Positions 35,497 through 46,038 of a DNA stretch of 61,756 nucleotides are shown here, in pieces (within the stretch, counting starts at the first letter, position 1; each line of letters opens with the position of its first letter). Position numbers and translations under genes: made by a program. The notes beneath the pieces are model-generated. The model was not told the DNA's origin. It did no database searches and saw only the letters and a program-made list of their open reading frames with translations. The stretch is from a virus (taxonomy: Duplodnaviria > Caudoviricetes): IMG/VR virus record IMGVR_UViG_3300048854_000277, positions 1 through 61,756 of that record; one strand, written 5' to 3'.

Positions 35497-36378
35497 ATGA
35501 GCCACATCCTCTCGCGGCTCGCTCAGCGCGTTTTCAACACGCCGCTGCTGCTTCACGAACGAAAGGCTGAGATCGTAATCGCTGCTTTGGCTGACCGCAT
35601 GGGCGTTGGTCAAATGGTTCGCCTGAGTGGTGCTCCCGTCCCGCTGGCGATGGAAGACGATGAGTATGGGTTCGCTGAACAGGGTAGCAATCCGCGCAGC
35701 GGATACGACATGGCGGGCCCGGTAGCGATCATCCCGGTTCAGGGAACGCTTGTGCAGAAGCTTGGATGCCTGCGCCCCTGGTCGGGTATGACGGGTTACG
35801 ACTCCGTTCGCCAGAATCTATTTACGGCGCTTGACGATCCAGCTGTCGAAGCGCTCGTGCTGGACATCGACAGCCCAGGCGGCGAAGTGGCCGGCTGCTT
35901 CGATCTAGTCGACACGATCTATGGTCTGCGCGGGACGAAACCGATCTGGTCAATCCTAAACGAAAGTGCCTACAGCGCAGCTTATGCAATTGCCAGCGCT
36001 ACCGACTACATCACTGTGCCGCGCACTGGCGGCACTGGAAGTGTGGGAGTTATTTGTGCTCACTGCGACCTGTCTCAAGCGCTTACCACTGCAGGCGTAA
36101 AGGTGACCTTCGTCACCTACGGCGACCGCAAGGCGGACGGGCATCCCGAAATACCACTGTCTGACGAGGCGCTTGCCGCCTTCCAGTCAGACATCGACAC
36201 GATGGGCGAACTCTTTTGCGAGACGGTCGCTCGTAATAGGAACATCACGGCCGCCACGGTCCGTGATATGCAGGCCGCATGTTTCATGGGCGCTAAAGGC
36301 GTCGCGAATGGACTTGCGGACGAAGTGGCGGCCCCAGACGCCGCGTTTCGGGCCTTGATCAAACAGATCACAGCCTAA
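35497..36378 (+). CDS. S49 head maturation protease (gpC-like)
   Basis: DIDSPGG, AYSAAYAIAS, GSVGV. Confidence 0.93.
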   Translation: MSHILSRLAQRVFNTPLLLHERKAEIVIAALADRMGVGQMVRLSGAPVPLAMEDDEYGFAEQGSNPRSGYDMAGPVAIIPVQGTLVQKLGCLRPWSGMTGYDSVRQNLFTALDDPAVEALVLDIDSPGGEVAGCFDLVDTIYGLRGTKPIWSILNESAYSAAYAIASATDYITVPRTGGTGSVGVICAHCDLSQALTTAGVKVTFVTYGDRKADGHPEIPLSDEALAAFQSDIDTMGELFCETVARNRNITAATVRDMQAACFMGAKGVANGLADEVAAPDAAFRALIKQITA

Positions 36379-36403
36379 ACCACCTCCCTAAGGAAGCACC
36401 GAA

Positions 36404-37066
36404 ATGACGTTCAAGAATCGCATGAGCGCGATGCCGTTCGCCCAATTTTTGGGCCTCGCAATGTCCGCGAAGGCAGAAGAAGACGACGAGGATCGCAAGC
36501 AAAAGGAAGACGAGTCCGACGACGACTATGCCAAGCGCATGGAAGAGAAGGATAAGGAAGAAGAAGCCAAGCGCGCGGAAGAGGAAAAGAAGAAGGAAGA
36601 CGCGCGCAAGGCAGAAGAAGAGAAAAAGAAGGAAGAGGAAGCCAAGCGAGCCAAGAAGGCGAAGCGGGCCGACGATGATGGTGACGACGATGCCGACATG
36701 GAAGACGATGACGGCGACGACGAAGAGGAAGGCAAGCGTGCCGGCCGCGCTCAAGGCGCTCGCCAGCGCGAACGCAATCGCTGCGCTCGCATCGTCGTTG
36801 CAGGAATTGCGCTGGGCCGGGTCAATCAGGCATGCGCCTTCGCGTTCGATACAAAGTTGAGTTCGAACCAGGCGATCGCCGCACTGAATGCTGCAAGCCT
36901 CGACACGGTCGCGACTCGCGGATCCGGCCTGCGTGAGCGCATGTCGGCTGTCCAGGTGGCGAACCCGGGCACGAATGCCGGAGCATCCGCCGTCAACACC
37001 GACCCGTCGAAAGCGGCCGCGGCCAGCATCATCGCCGCTGGCGAACGCGCTCGCAACGGCAAGTAA
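36404..37066 (+). CDS. Scaffolding protein (Nu3-like)
   Basis: Acidic/Lys-rich coiled coil, ER.RC..I; lies between protease and decoration genes. Confidence 0.7.
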   Translation: MTFKNRMSAMPFAQFLGLAMSAKAEEDDEDRKQKEDESDDDYAKRMEEKDKEEEAKRAEEEKKKEDARKAEEEKKKEEEAKRAKKAKRADDDGDDDADMEDDDGDDEEEGKRAGRAQGARQRERNRCARIVVAGIALGRVNQACAFAFDTKLSSNQAIAALNAASLDTVATRGSGLRERMSAVQVANPGTNAGASAVNTDPSKAAAASIIAAGERARNGK

Positions 37067-37096
37067 TCCTTCCCAATTCCATAAGGAGTTTGTCTC

Positions 37097-37774
37097 ATGT
37101 CTTTGACTGTCAATAGTGTGGGTGAGAACCCCCAGCTTCCGTCGATCTACGCAGAAACGTTCATTCCGGATCAACTGATCGCGGGAAATCTGAAACTGGT
37201 GTCGCAGCCGGTTCTGATTCCGTCGGGCAATCTGGCGCGCGGCGCGATCCTCGGGCAGCAGACCACCAGTTCCATCGTCGTCACCCCCGGCACGAATACC
37301 GGAAACGGTACCGTCGGTACGACCAGCTTGGGCACGACCGAAACGTTCGGCGCGTTCTTGCTGAAGGCGACCAGCGCAACGGTGTTCTCGGTGACCGACC
37401 CAGAAGGTAACGCCCTCCCGAACGCGACCGTCGGTACGCCCTATGTCAATGCGGAGATCAATTTCACGATCACTGCGGGCGGCACGGCATTCGTTGCGAA
37501 CGATTCGTTCACCCTCAATGCGCTCGAAGCCACGGGAAACTTCATCCTGTCGGTGAAGACCGCCAGCGATGGCAGCCAAGTCCCTTCGGCTGTTCTTGCC
37601 ACCGCGACCAATGCTACGTCCGGCCCGCAGCTGGCCGGCGCATACGTCATGGGTGAGTTCAACCAGAACGCAATCACTTTCGACCCGTCGTGGACGATTC
37701 CGGCGCTTCAGCTCGCGCTTCGTCTCTACGGAATTTTCCTGAAGTCCTCGGTGCCTGCGGCAGACCCGAGCTAA
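37097..37774 (+). CDS. Head decoration protein (gpD-like) with an inserted domain
   Basis: PDQLIAG, RGAILG, DGSQ.P.AVL, GEFN. Confidence 0.85.
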   Translation: MSLTVNSVGENPQLPSIYAETFIPDQLIAGNLKLVSQPVLIPSGNLARGAILGQQTTSSIVVTPGTNTGNGTVGTTSLGTTETFGAFLLKATSATVFSVTDPEGNALPNATVGTPYVNAEINFTITAGGTAFVANDSFTLNALEATGNFILSVKTASDGSQVPSAVLATATNATSGPQLAGAYVMGEFNQNAITFDPSWTIPALQLALRLYGIFLKSSVPAADPS

Positions 37775-37792
37775 TACCCCAACGCCACTAAG

Positions 37793-37820
37793 AAAGGGCC
37801 TCTTCGGAGGCCCTTTTTCT
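37793..37820 (+). terminator. Intrinsic terminator
   Basis: AAAGGGCCTC-TTCG-GAGGCCCTTT. Confidence 0.75.
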
Positions 37821-37858
37821 TTGGTGCGCTCAAAACCGTAGATACCGGAGAATCAAAC

Positions 37859-38914
37859 GTGCCTTTCATTTACGACACCAATACGCTCATCCAGGTCGTC
37901 CCGAACCTGAAGACGGCGCAACAGTTTTTGCTGGACAAGTTTTTCCCCAACATCGTGACGTCGGACACCGAAAAGGTCTCGATCGATATCGATGTGGGTA
38001 AGCGCCGGATGGCGCCGTTCGTCTCGCCGCTGGTCGAAGGCAAGCTCGTTGAGCAGCGCCGCTATCAAACCAACGAGTTCACGCCGGCCTACGTCAAGGA
38101 CAAACGCGCACCCGACTTGCTCAAGCCCGTTCGCCGGATGATCGGTGAGCGTATCGGTGGCGAGTTCACCGGTGAAGAGCGCGAGCAAGCAAACCTGTAT
38201 GCCGAAATGGCCGACCAGGTGGACATCGTGAATCGCCGTCTCGAGTGGATGGCCGCGCAAGCGCTCACGACCGGCACGCTGACTGTCGAAGGCGACGGAT
38301 TCGAAATGGTCACGATCGACTACGGCCGCGATGCAAACTTGACTGTCGCGCGCACCGGCGCACAAGCGTGGACCCCAACGAACATCGCAGCAGGCACGGC
38401 GGTTCCGACCGACGACGTCGATGCATGGGCGCGGGCGATTCTGAAATCGTCGGGCGCCATCGTCACCGAGATCGTCTTCACGACCAGCTCGTGGCAGGCA
38501 TTCAAGCTCGACCCGGCGCTGAAGGGCGCGATCATCTGGCCGATCCAGAATCCGAGCGGCAACATCATCAATCCGGGTTCACTGATCAAGCAGGGCGCCA
38601 TGTATATGGGGCACTGGGGTCAGTATGACCTGTGGGTTTACAACGACTGGTTCGTCGACGAGAACAACCACGAAGTCCCGATGATCACCGACGGCACGGT
38701 CTTGATGAGCGGCGAAGCCCTCATGGGCACGCGCGCATTCGGGATGATCAAAGACCCGTACTTCAACTACAAAGCGATGCCGTACGCGCCGAAGACCTGG
38801 GTATCCGAAGACCCGGCGCAGCGTTTCATCATGCTTCAGTCCGCACCCCTGGTGATTCCGAGCCGGGTGAATGCGTCGCTGGCCGCCACCGTTTGCCCGC
38901 CGGTATTTAGCTAA
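37859..38914 (+). CDS. Major capsid protein (lambda gpE family)
   Basis: MAPFVSP, PAYVK.K, R.EWMAAQAL, QSAPL. Confidence 0.95.
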   Translation: MPFIYDTNTLIQVVPNLKTAQQFLLDKFFPNIVTSDTEKVSIDIDVGKRRMAPFVSPLVEGKLVEQRRYQTNEFTPAYVKDKRAPDLLKPVRRMIGERIGGEFTGEEREQANLYAEMADQVDIVNRRLEWMAAQALTTGTLTVEGDGFEMVTIDYGRDANLTVARTGAQAWTPTNIAAGTAVPTDDVDAWARAILKSSGAIVTEIVFTTSSWQAFKLDPALKGAIIWPIQNPSGNIINPGSLIKQGAMYMGHWGQYDLWVYNDWFVDENNHEVPMITDGTVLMSGEALMGTRAFGMIKDPYFNYKAMPYAPKTWVSEDPAQRFIMLQSAPLVIPSRVNASLAATVCPPVFS

Positions 38915-39180
38915 TGGACGCGCCGAAAAAGGATGCTGAAAAGGCATCCCGGCCGGCGTTGAGCGACTACACCGTCGCACGTGGACGGACGGTGTATGTC
39001 GACAACAAGCCAGTCGGGCCCGGTGGTTCAGTGGCCATGATTGCGGTGGATGCCGAGCACCTCGTGCACGCAGGATTCCTGCGCGCTGCGAGCGACGACG
39101 TCCGGCCCGTATCTCAAGGCGTTCAGGTTGGCGGTTTGCAGATCAAGGGCGGTCGCCGACCCGGTGGCACGGTGGTCTAA
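38914..39180 (+). CDS. Hypothetical head-associated protein (FI position)
   Basis: Follows the capsid gene; TAATG coupling. Confidence 0.65.
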   Translation: MDAPKKDAEKASRPALSDYTVARGRTVYVDNKPVGPGGSVAMIAVDAEHLVHAGFLRAASDDVRPVSQGVQVGGLQIKGGRRPGGTVV

Positions 39181-39528
39181 ATGATCGACTGGGATGCAGT
39201 AGTTATCGGTCCGCTTATGGGCGTATTTGGTGAACCAGCGACCTATATGCCGCTCGCCGGCGGTTCGTTCCCGATCACCGTTGTCTTCGACGATGCATAC
39301 CTCAAGGAAGCGATGTTTGAGGATGGATCGTCGGGAGTGGTCGAGGTCAGTGCGTGCATCGGAGTTCAGCTCTCGCAGTTCACGGCCGATCCTCTGCAAA
39401 ACGACCAGCTATTCATTCCGGCCAATCCCGCGAAGCGTCGCCTAGCAGCTACCTACATCGTGCGCAAGCCGATGGTGGACTCGCGCGGCGCCGCGCGGCT
39501 TCTTCTTTCTCGAGCGAGTTACCCGTGA
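39181..39528 (+). CDS. Head-tail joining protein (FII-like)
   Basis: FGEP..Y.P..G.......FD; D..G...L.L. Confidence 0.75.
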   Translation: MIDWDAVVIGPLMGVFGEPATYMPLAGGSFPITVVFDDAYLKEAMFEDGSSGVVEVSACIGVQLSQFTADPLQNDQLFIPANPAKRRLAATYIVRKPMVDSRGAARLLLSRASYP

Positions 39529-40100
39529 CGACATCCGCAGACCTGCGCGCGTTGTTTGTTACGGCGCTCACCGGCGCGACCGATGCGGGAGCGGCGGTGT
39601 ACTCGCCATTTGATTGGCCGACAACGGCTGATTCATATCCGAACATTCTGGTGCGCGCACCGAAGGAACGGAAACAGTCGCTTGGGCGCAATGCTCCGCT
39701 GTTCGATGTCACGACGACTATCGAGATCATCGCGCGAACGAAATCTGTCGCACTAGTCGGCGATGCCGGTTCTGCTGTAGCGCTCGCCGCAGCGGAAAAG
39801 TTGAAGTGGCAGATCGAAGTAGCGCTGATCAATAACCCGGCCGTCTGGGCAAAGCCCGATGGAAGCCGGCGCATCTCGCAGTTCGCATCCGTTGATTCCG
39901 AATTGACGACGAGTTCTGAGGGCGACATGCCCATCGGGAACCTATTGATGCACATCGAAGTTGATTTCACGCAGGGCCCCGAAGATTTCTATCCGATCAC
40001 CGGCACTCCTATCGAAGGCTTCGATGCCGGGGTGCAGATGCCACCCGGAACAGTCGAACCGGGTTTCTCGATCACGTTTCCCTCATTCATCCAATCGTAG
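39525..40100 (+). CDS. Tail terminator/completion protein
   Basis: GTGA overlap; precedes DUF2635 and the sheath gene. Confidence 0.65.
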   Translation: MTTSADLRALFVTALTGATDAGAAVYSPFDWPTTADSYPNILVRAPKERKQSLGRNAPLFDVTTTIEIIARTKSVALVGDAGSAVALAAAEKLKWQIEVALINNPAVWAKPDGSRRISQFASVDSELTTSSEGDMPIGNLLMHIEVDFTQGPEDFYPITGTPIEGFDAGVQMPPGTVEPGFSITFPSFIQS

Positions 40101-40109
40101 GAGCGCCGC

Positions 40110-40313
40110 ATGCGCGTCAAACCCGCGCCGGGCCTGCAAGTCAGGAACCCGGCTGATAAGCAATTGCTGCCGCCCGAGGGCATTGACGTGCCGGACGACA
40201 GCATCCTCTGGACCAAGATTTTGAACGATGGCGATGTGGTGCGCGTGGACGCGAAAGCGGCGGCGGCGCCGGTCGTCATTGCCGCTGGCGCGGCGAAAGG
40301 TGACCAGGCATGA
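40110..40313 (+). CDS. DUF2635 (Mu gp38-like)
   Basis: VKPAPG..VR.P....LLP.EG..V....W...L.DGDV. Confidence 0.88.
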   Translation: MRVKPAPGLQVRNPADKQLLPPEGIDVPDDSILWTKILNDGDVVRVDAKAAAAPVVIAAGAAKGDQA

Positions 40314-41794
40314 GCACGATTCCGTTCCGCAATATTCCGTCGACCTTGCGCCTCCCTGGCGCCTTCTTCGAGCTCGACAACTCGCAGGCAAACACCGCGC
40401 AGGCAAATCAGCGCGCGCTGATCATCGGCCAGATCACGGCGGCCGGTGTCGCCGTACCGAACATGCCGATCATCTCGGGTGGCATCGGCGACGCGAACCT
40501 CCAGGGCGGAACAAATTCGCAGCTGGCGAACATGTTGGCAGCATACCGCCTGAACGACAGCTTCGGCGAGGTCTGGTATTTGCCGCTGGCCGACGCAGCG
40601 GGCGCAGTTGCCGCGACGGGTTCGATTTTGTTCTCCGCTGCGCCGACGGCTGCCGGATCGCTTGCGCTGTACATCGCCGGCCAGGTCGTCACGATCCCGG
40701 TTACCGCCGGTCAAGCGGTGGCATCTATCGCGACTGCGGTGGCCGCAGCGGTCAACCTGCTGCCCGCAATGCCCGTCACAGCATCTGTGACGACGGCGAC
40801 CGTCACACTCACAGCCGACAACAAGGGTCTGTGCGGAAACGAAATCGACATCCGTTTCAATTTCTACGGCGCGGCCGGCGGCGAAGCGACTCCGGCAGGC
40901 CTGACATACACCATCACGGCAATGTCTGGTGGCGCGACGAACCCGACACTCACGACCGCCCTGGGCAACCTCGGCAACATGTCGTTCGACTTCATCGCGT
41001 GCCCGTACACGGACCCGACGTCGTTGACCGCTGTTTCGGGGCTGCTGAACGACACGACGGGGCGGTGGAGCTGGCAGTCGCAGCTTTACGGCCACTCGAT
41101 CTCGGCATACGCGGGCACGTTCGCATCACAGACGACCCTCGGCCTCACGCAGAACAACCAGCACCAGACGATCCTCGGGTTCTACAACAGCCCGACGCCG
41201 AGCTGGATCTGGGCGGCAGCGCTGACCGCTCAAGTTGCGGTGAGCGTGCGCGCTGACCCGGGTATCCCGCTGCAAGACATGACGCTCGCGGGCGTGCTTG
41301 CACCCCCAGTGCAATCGCAGTTCCTTTCGAACCAGCGCGAAACGCTTCTGTTCGACGGCATCTCGACCTTCACCGTGCAGCAGGACGGTACGGTGCTGAC
41401 CGAAAACATCATCACGACCTACCAGCTGAATGCGCAGGGCGTGCCAGACGACAGCTATCTGGAACTGGAAACGATGTTCCAGTTGATGCTGGAGATCCGG
41501 ACGCTACAAGCGATGCTGTCGTCGAAGTACGCGCGCTGCAAACTGGCCAGCAATGGATCGAGCCCGCCGGCGAACTCGGGACTGGTGACGCCGAACATCA
41601 TTAAGGCCGACATCATTGCGCTGTATCAGGAGCGCACGGCCGCCGGCTTTGTGCAAAATGCATCCTCGTTCGCGTCGGCGCTTGTAGTGAACAAGAACAC
41701 GGTGAACCCGAACCGCGTCGATATCCTGTGGCCAGGTACTCCGGTCAATCAGATGCGTACGTTTGCAACATTGGTCCAGTTCAGGCTCCAGTAA
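40310..41794 (+). CDS. Contractile tail sheath protein (Mu gpL-like)
   Basis: F.NIP..LR.P..F.E.DNS, GG..NP, ITTYQ.N..G..D.SYL, PNRVD. Confidence 0.95.
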   Translation: MSTIPFRNIPSTLRLPGAFFELDNSQANTAQANQRALIIGQITAAGVAVPNMPIISGGIGDANLQGGTNSQLANMLAAYRLNDSFGEVWYLPLADAAGAVAATGSILFSAAPTAAGSLALYIAGQVVTIPVTAGQAVASIATAVAAAVNLLPAMPVTASVTTATVTLTADNKGLCGNEIDIRFNFYGAAGGEATPAGLTYTITAMSGGATNPTLTTALGNLGNMSFDFIACPYTDPTSLTAVSGLLNDTTGRWSWQSQLYGHSISAYAGTFASQTTLGLTQNNQHQTILGFYNSPTPSWIWAAALTAQVAVSVRADPGIPLQDMTLAGVLAPPVQSQFLSNQRETLLFDGISTFTVQQDGTVLTENIITTYQLNAQGVPDDSYLELETMFQLMLEIRTLQAMLSSKYARCKLASNGSSPPANSGLVTPNIIKADIIALYQERTAAGFVQNASSFASALVVNKNTVNPNRVDILWPGTPVNQMRTFATLVQFRLQ

Positions 41795-41810
41795 AACTAA
41801 CCGCATTCAC

Positions 41811-41833
41811 AAAGCCACCTTCGGGTGGCTTTA
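41811..41833 (+). terminator. Hairpin/terminator
   Basis: AAAGCCACC-TTCG-GGTGGCTTT. Confidence 0.6.
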
Positions 41834-41854
41834 TCATTTTCTGGAGAGGAAACG

Positions 41855-42232
41855 ATGTCCAGCAATCTTATTGCCGGCACTGCGCAGATCACGGTGGACG
41901 GCGCAACGGAACAGCTTGAGGGCGGCTTGAAATATTCAGTCGCCACCGTCAAGCGCACCGCGCTGATGGGAAAAGACGGCTTCCATGGTTGGAAAGAGGA
42001 GCCGGTTGCTCCATTTATCGAAATGTCTATTCGTGACGCGGGCAATCTGACGGTTGCGAGCTTTAACGCAATGCGCAATGCAACCGTTGTCGCTTCACTT
42101 GCGAACGGGAAGATCGTCACCGGCCGGAATATGGGTGCGGTTGACGTCCAAGAAGTCGATACGGACGATGCAAAATTCACCGTTCGCTTTGAGGGACCGG
42201 AAGTAAGCGAACAAACAGTTACGGTGAACTGA
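41855..42232 (+). CDS. Tail tube protein (Mu gpM-like)
   Basis: IAGTA.ITVDG, G.DG.HG.KE, LANGK, VRFEG. Confidence 0.9.
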   Translation: MSSNLIAGTAQITVDGATEQLEGGLKYSVATVKRTALMGKDGFHGWKEEPVAPFIEMSIRDAGNLTVASFNAMRNATVVASLANGKIVTGRNMGAVDVQEVDTDDAKFTVRFEGPEVSEQTVTVN

Positions 42233-42576
42233 TGAGCGACGACAAGAAGAAGCCGAAGAAGACATTTCCTTTCGAGATGACGATTGACCTTCGCAAGTCG
42301 ATCACGCTCGGAAGTGGTGATAACGGCACGGTCTACACCGAAATCGCTTTGCGCGAGCCCACTGCGGGCGAACTCGGGCAGTTCTTCAAAAAAACCCAGA
42401 ACGCAAGCGCAATCGACGCAGTCAAGTTTCTGATTTCTGCGGTGTCAGGTGTCCCGCTCGTTGTGATCGACAAGATCGGCGCATCTGACTACTACAAAGC
42501 GCAGGAATACCTGCTGTTCTTCTGTAACCCGCCGGATGAGGATGACCCCGAGGGAAACGCGGAGGGCTCCCAATAG
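42232..42576 (+). CDS. Tail assembly chaperone
   Basis: LREPT, D+..A..YL; lies between tube and tape measure genes. Confidence 0.85.
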   Translation: MSDDKKKPKKTFPFEMTIDLRKSITLGSGDNGTVYTEIALREPTAGELGQFFKKTQNASAIDAVKFLISAVSGVPLVVIDKIGASDYYKAQEYLLFFCNPPDEDDPEGNAEGSQ

Positions 42577-42704
42577 ACTGGGAGCATACGGTCAGGATCG
42601 TCGAGAAGTTCTGGGGATGGCAGCCCAGTGAGACACGCTCGCTCACATGGAGCGAGATTTTGAACTACGCAATGCATGCTGCGCGGATGACAAAAAAAGG
42701 GTGA
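42552..42704 (+). other. -1 programmed frameshift site (G GGA AAC) and GpE'-like extension frame
   Basis: The -1 frame reads ...FWGWQPSETRSLTWSEILNY...KKG* and stops just before the tape measure ATG. Confidence 0.8.
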
Positions 42705-42707
42705 ACG

Positions 42708-44579
42708 ATGGCCAATGATTTCGTCATCCGTATCAGTGCCGACGATAAGGCAACAGCTGTCGTCAAGAAGATCCAGGCAGCGCTTGGCAAGATCACGGAG
42801 CCAGTCGAGAAGGCGAACAAGCGCGTCAGTTCGCTCGGCAACGTCGGTACTGCTGGGCTGGCTAAATTGCGCAAGGGCATGGATGGCGTAGCAAGCTCGG
42901 CTAGCAAAGTCGTCGACAAGATCGTGGAAATCATCCCCGGTCTTACCGCTATCGGCGGTGCCGCGTCACTCGCCGGTCTGTCTGCTCTGGCCGTAAAGTT
43001 CGGGAATTTCGGATTCGGCCTGAACAAGAGTTCGCAACTGCTGGGCATGAACGCACAGGACCTCGCAGCGTGGCACGTAGCAGCCAAGCGCGCTGGCGTC
43101 TCGGCAGAGGAGTTCGATTCGAGCATGGCGGGGTCTCAGGGCGCGATCCGTGGTGCGGCATTTGGCGCCGATCCGCACGCGATGATGATGCTGCAGAAGA
43201 TGGGCGTGCAGATCCAGCACAACAAGGACGGGTCGATCGACTACCTGTCGACGCAGCAAAAGATTATGACGGCGCTGGCGAATCAGCCCAGCGTTCAAGG
43301 GCAGCGCGACGCGGCGAACGTACTCGGTATGGGCGCGCTGTTGCCGATGATTCAGCAGGGAACGTACGCGGCCGACAAGGCGCGGGCGATGCGCAAGGGG
43401 CTCGTCCCCACGCCCGAAGAGATCGCACGGGCAACGGCGTTCCACCAGAACATCAATGATCTTGAAGACTCGGTGACCGGTCTTGGCAACAGCATTGGGT
43501 CGAGGCTCATCCCTATTCTTGATCCGCTCGTACGTGGTTTTTCTGCATGGCTGGATAGGAATCGTGTGCAGGTCGCCGATGCGATAGCTGGCGCCGTACA
43601 AAGATTCGCCGAATGGATAAAGAGCATCAATTGGGGAGAAGTTGTTTCCCAGATGAAAAGCCTCTTCGACGCTATGGGCGGAATCAAGGGTGTTGCGATA
43701 GCGCTCGCAGTCATCACATTCGCTTCGCCGATCGCGGGGCTGCTCAGCATGATCACGAGCCTGACGACGTTGGCGACGACCGCGATTCCTGCCGCAGTCC
43801 TGGGCTTTACCGGGCTCGGACTTGCGGCTGCCGCAGCCGCCGCTGCCTACACGATCAACAAGATCAAGGATTCGACCGAGCCGGGGCACTTTGTTGGTCG
43901 GAATGCTGGCGCACCGATCGCTAACCCACTGCGTCCAGAGGATACGAATCAGGCGCTGTGGGATCGGATGGTCCAAGGTGCAAAAGACTTTGTCAGTACC
44001 CCGACAGGCAGGTTCGTACCGCGCAATGCGGCTGCGCAAGCGCCTCTGGGTATCCGCACGAACAATCCGTTGAACATCCTCACGCGCGGGAGCCAGAACA
44101 ACTACGCAACTCCGGAGGAAGGGATTGCGGCAGCCGCAGCGAACCTGCAGAAAAACTATCGGGGCCTCAGCTTAGCGGGGATTGCCGATAAGTGGACGGG
44201 TGGCGCGCGTACCGGGAATAGTCCTGAGCAGATTGCAAACTATGTTGGCATCCTGTCGCGCGGCACGGGCCTATCAGCCAGCCAGACCCCCGACCTCAAC
44301 AACTCGTCTGTCGTTGCTGCGCTGCTCAAAGCACAGATTCGCGCAGAGAACGGGGAGCAACCTTATGGTGATGCGCAAATAGCGAATGGCATCAGCCGAG
44401 GAATGGGGGGCGCCGCAGCGGGCGCATCCGCGCCAGCGACTGCAGGGGCACCCCAGATCAATGTGACCGTGCACAACGCTCTGCCGGGAACGCACGTTGA
44501 GACGAAATCATCTGATGGCGGCTATTTGCCGACGAAAGTGAACTATGCCCTTCGGGGCGCCGATGGAGCTGCGCCTTGA
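42708..44579 (+). CDS. Tape measure protein with a C-terminal lysozyme-like domain
   Basis: I.A.DKATA N-terminus; Ala-rich; GIRTNNPLNI...ENG domain. Confidence 0.85.
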   Translation: MANDFVIRISADDKATAVVKKIQAALGKITEPVEKANKRVSSLGNVGTAGLAKLRKGMDGVASSASKVVDKIVEIIPGLTAIGGAASLAGLSALAVKFGNFGFGLNKSSQLLGMNAQDLAAWHVAAKRAGVSAEEFDSSMAGSQGAIRGAAFGADPHAMMMLQKMGVQIQHNKDGSIDYLSTQQKIMTALANQPSVQGQRDAANVLGMGALLPMIQQGTYAADKARAMRKGLVPTPEEIARATAFHQNINDLEDSVTGLGNSIGSRLIPILDPLVRGFSAWLDRNRVQVADAIAGAVQRFAEWIKSINWGEVVSQMKSLFDAMGGIKGVAIALAVITFASPIAGLLSMITSLTTLATTAIPAAVLGFTGLGLAAAAAAAAYTINKIKDSTEPGHFVGRNAGAPIANPLRPEDTNQALWDRMVQGAKDFVSTPTGRFVPRNAAAQAPLGIRTNNPLNILTRGSQNNYATPEEGIAAAAANLQKNYRGLSLAGIADKWTGGARTGNSPEQIANYVGILSRGTGLSASQTPDLNNSSVVAALLKAQIRAENGEQPYGDAQIANGISRGMGGAAAGASAPATAGAPQINVTVHNALPGTHVETKSSDGGYLPTKVNYALRGADGAAP

Positions 44580-46036
44580 GCCTTACCACGAACGCCCTCA
44601 GCGTCACCGGTAGTATCGGCGGTGTCGCGCAAAGCGCTAGCAATCTGGCGGGTCTTCTGGGCGGCTCCAGCGGGTCGAGCATATCGGCGGCCTCCTATGG
44701 CGGGATACCGTTTGCTGTTCGCTCGATGCGTACATCATTCGGCCGGAAATATGCGATTCACGAGTACCCGTTTCGGGAAGACGGCTGGCTTGAGGACACC
44801 GGCAAGAAGCTTGCTCGGCTGAGTATCAGTGGATTCCTGGTCGAAGACAGCCTGATCTACGGGGGCGGACCAGTCACAGCTCAGCGCGACAAGTTTGTGA
44901 TTTTGTGCTGCGCCCAAAACGCGCCACCTCGGACTCTTGTCCATCCGACGTTCGGAACTATGCCGAACATGCTGTGTGTGAACATCGAGTTCGATGAAAC
45001 GCTCAGCACTACGGAGATCGGCGTCACCTTCACATTCATGAAGGCGGGCGTCCGCGCGTATCCGAAGGCGACAGTCACAACGGCGGTCGCCAGCACGAAC
45101 AACGCCTCTCTGACGGGAATCGCTGCGCTGATCAATTTCGTGAAGACGGTTGCTACGGCGATTAAGGCCGGCGCCGCGATCATCCAGGCCGCTGTTTCAA
45201 CGGCTGTTGGCTGGTACCAGTTCGCCGTCACTGCAGTGAACGACGTCAAAAACATCATCGGCGCTGTTTCGACGCTATCCGGGAACTTCGGGGCACTCTT
45301 TGGTGGTGCAAACAATGGCTATGCCGGGTCTAACGTCCAGGCGTTACCGAGCGTAACGGCTAGCGATCTGTTGTCACAGGCGGCAGCAAATCGCAGTCTT
45401 GTGATGGAAGCTGGTGTCGCGTTGCAAGCAGCTGCAGCGAACCCGAGTGATTCGGCGGCGCTCGGCACCGCAGTGCAGGGGCTCGTCTCTGCACTGGCGG
45501 CCGCTGCAACCGATCCTGCCGATGCCGTCCGCATGATCAGCGCAATGGCGGCGTTCTCGCCGGCGCCGATTACAACGCCGGGTCAGATCGGCTCAGCGAT
45601 GAGCACGATGCAAGTGGCTTTGGCGGCGCTGTTTCGCCGCACCGCGCTAGCTCAGTTGGCCGTGACACTTACGACCTACCAGCCATCATCGCAGAACGAT
45701 GCGCAAACCGTGCTCACGAGCGCGACTGCATTGTTCGATTCGGAGATCACTATCGCTGGCGATGCCGGTGACGATGAAAGCTATGTCGCACTGCGCACGC
45801 TGCGCCAGTCGATGATCGCCGACATGACCACGCGCGCCGCTGATTTGTCAGCCATCGAAACATTCGCGTTTCAGTCCTCCATGCCGTCCCTGGTGTTGGC
45901 GCAGCGGCTCTATCGTGATCCGACGCAGGAAACCGTGCTGGTGCAGCAAGTCGCGCCTCGGCATCCGGCGTTTATGCCGACGTCATTTCAAGCATTGGCG
46001 CCGACTGGAACAACTGCCAATAGCGGGACTATTTAG
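44576..46036 (+). CDS. DNA circularisation protein (Mu gpN-like)
   Basis: ASYGGIPF.V, GR..A.HEYPFR, LVHPT.G, P.LVLA.RLY.D, HP.F.P. Confidence 0.9.
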   Translation: MSLTTNALSVTGSIGGVAQSASNLAGLLGGSSGSSISAASYGGIPFAVRSMRTSFGRKYAIHEYPFREDGWLEDTGKKLARLSISGFLVEDSLIYGGGPVTAQRDKFVILCCAQNAPPRTLVHPTFGTMPNMLCVNIEFDETLSTTEIGVTFTFMKAGVRAYPKATVTTAVASTNNASLTGIAALINFVKTVATAIKAGAAIIQAAVSTAVGWYQFAVTAVNDVKNIIGAVSTLSGNFGALFGGANNGYAGSNVQALPSVTASDLLSQAAANRSLVMEAGVALQAAAANPSDSAALGTAVQGLVSALAAAATDPADAVRMISAMAAFSPAPITTPGQIGSAMSTMQVALAALFRRTALAQLAVTLTTYQPSSQNDAQTVLTSATALFDSEITIAGDAGDDESYVALRTLRQSMIADMTTRAADLSAIETFAFQSSMPSLVLAQRLYRDPTQETVLVQQVAPRHPAFMPTSFQALAPTGTTANSGTI

Positions 46037-46038
46037 CC

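Noticed and set aside
36470-36740. GAA/GAC-rich low-complexity tract
   Set aside because: Explained by the charged coiled coil of the scaffold protein
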